Assembly (NCBI GenBank): GCA_002269645.1
Contig: NIVC01002422.1
Coordinates: 105,669 to 169,668 of the forward strand
Source of the DNA: Macrostomum lignano
Lineage: Eukaryota
DNA length: 64,000 nt
Direction: 5' to 3'
The notes below the pieces were generated by a model, which was not told where the DNA came from, did no database searches, and saw only the letters and a list, made by a program, of their open reading frames with translations. Shown piece by piece: positions 50,465-64,000 of this stretch. Numbering within the stretch: position 1 is the first letter of the stretch; every line of letters starts with the position of its first letter. The position numbers were made by a program, and so were the translations under genes.

Positions 50465-50870
50465 ATATTTATTTACTCATAAATCCTTTTTGTTTTATAA
50501 TATTTATTTAAAGCTAATATTTGTTATTGTGATTTTATAGTATAATATAGGTCTTGATACCATAATTACATTTAATACTAATTGTTTGTTTTATATACAT
50601 AATATATGAATATGAAATGTTAAAGTATTAGATATTTTTACAACTATAATAAACTAGGGAATAAGCATTTAGTATACTATAATATGATTAACATGATTGT
50701 AAAAATTACCTTTGTATTTAACTATGATATTATTGATTTTCTAATTTCCAGACTATTTATAATAAGTTGTAAAGAATAAACTCTATCAATTCTAACTAGT
50801 TTAGTCATCAAGACATCATTGTTGGCATGTCAACTTCAGTTATTAATTACTGAAGCTACCAACTATCAAG

Positions 50871-63623
<12,753 letters not shown>

Positions 63624-63689
63624 GTGAGTCTGTTGTAGTCTTTTATTGTTTATTATAGTTTATCATATCAGATGCTGTTATCAGATGCT

Positions 63690-64000
63690 ACTATCAGATG
63701 CTTATAGTGTTTTACTATCAGACGCTTATAGTGTCTATCATGGTTTACTATCAGACGCTTATAGTGTCTATCATGGTTTACTATCAGACGCTTATAGTGT
63801 CTATCATGGTTTACTATCAGACGCTTATAGTGTCTATCATGGTTTACTATCAGACGCTTATAGTGTCTATCATGGTTTACTATCAGACGCTTATAGTGTC
63901 TATCATGGTTTACTATCAGACGCTTATAGTGTTTATCATGGTTTACTATCAGATGCTTATAGTGTTTATCATGGTTTACTATCAGATGCTGATAGTGTTT
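63690..64000. repeat. 33-bp minisatellite downstream of the last RTEL1 exon seen (runs off window)
   Basis: Unit CTATCAGACGCTTATAGTGTCTATCATGGTTTA. Confidence 0.92.

Overview
Eukaryotic (metazoan) genomic DNA with spliceosomal introns, most of them inflated by their own minisatellite. The style suggests a flatworm such as Macrostomum, but that is inference only. Left half (1-33.4 kb): three head-to-tail, minus-strand copies of a 13-exon GABA-B-type class C GPCR gene. Copy A runs off the window edge, copy B is complete (about 753 aa), and copy C has intact exons 2-13 but a broken exon 1. Middle (33.4-39.2 kb): BEL/Pao LTR-retrotransposon relics interrupted by a Crypton-type tyrosine recombinase gene with an unusual set of inverted repeats upstream. 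Right half: a minus-strand coiled-coil/C-terminal CAP-Gly gene (39.8-47.6 kb) and, divergent from it across an AT-rich spacer, RTEL1 (50.9 kb to beyond 63.6 kb). Also present: three copies of a non-autonomous IS630/Tc1-like element, one hAT MITE with an 8-bp TSD and a tRNA-derived SINE. Most notable signals: (i) two GPCR introns consist of tandem arrays of the exon-end plus 5' splice site, so every unit runs GT...AG and dozens of perfect decoy donors follow the true one; (ii) a 41-bp perfect inverted-repeat-bounded segment and a nested palindrome directly upstream of the tyrosine recombinase; (iii) a 29-nt candidate micro-intron that would restore the CAP-Gly frame. All exon structures were derived by hand from GT/AG sites and phase consistency. 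Repeat copy numbers are approximate (array length divided by unit length). No database searches were run.
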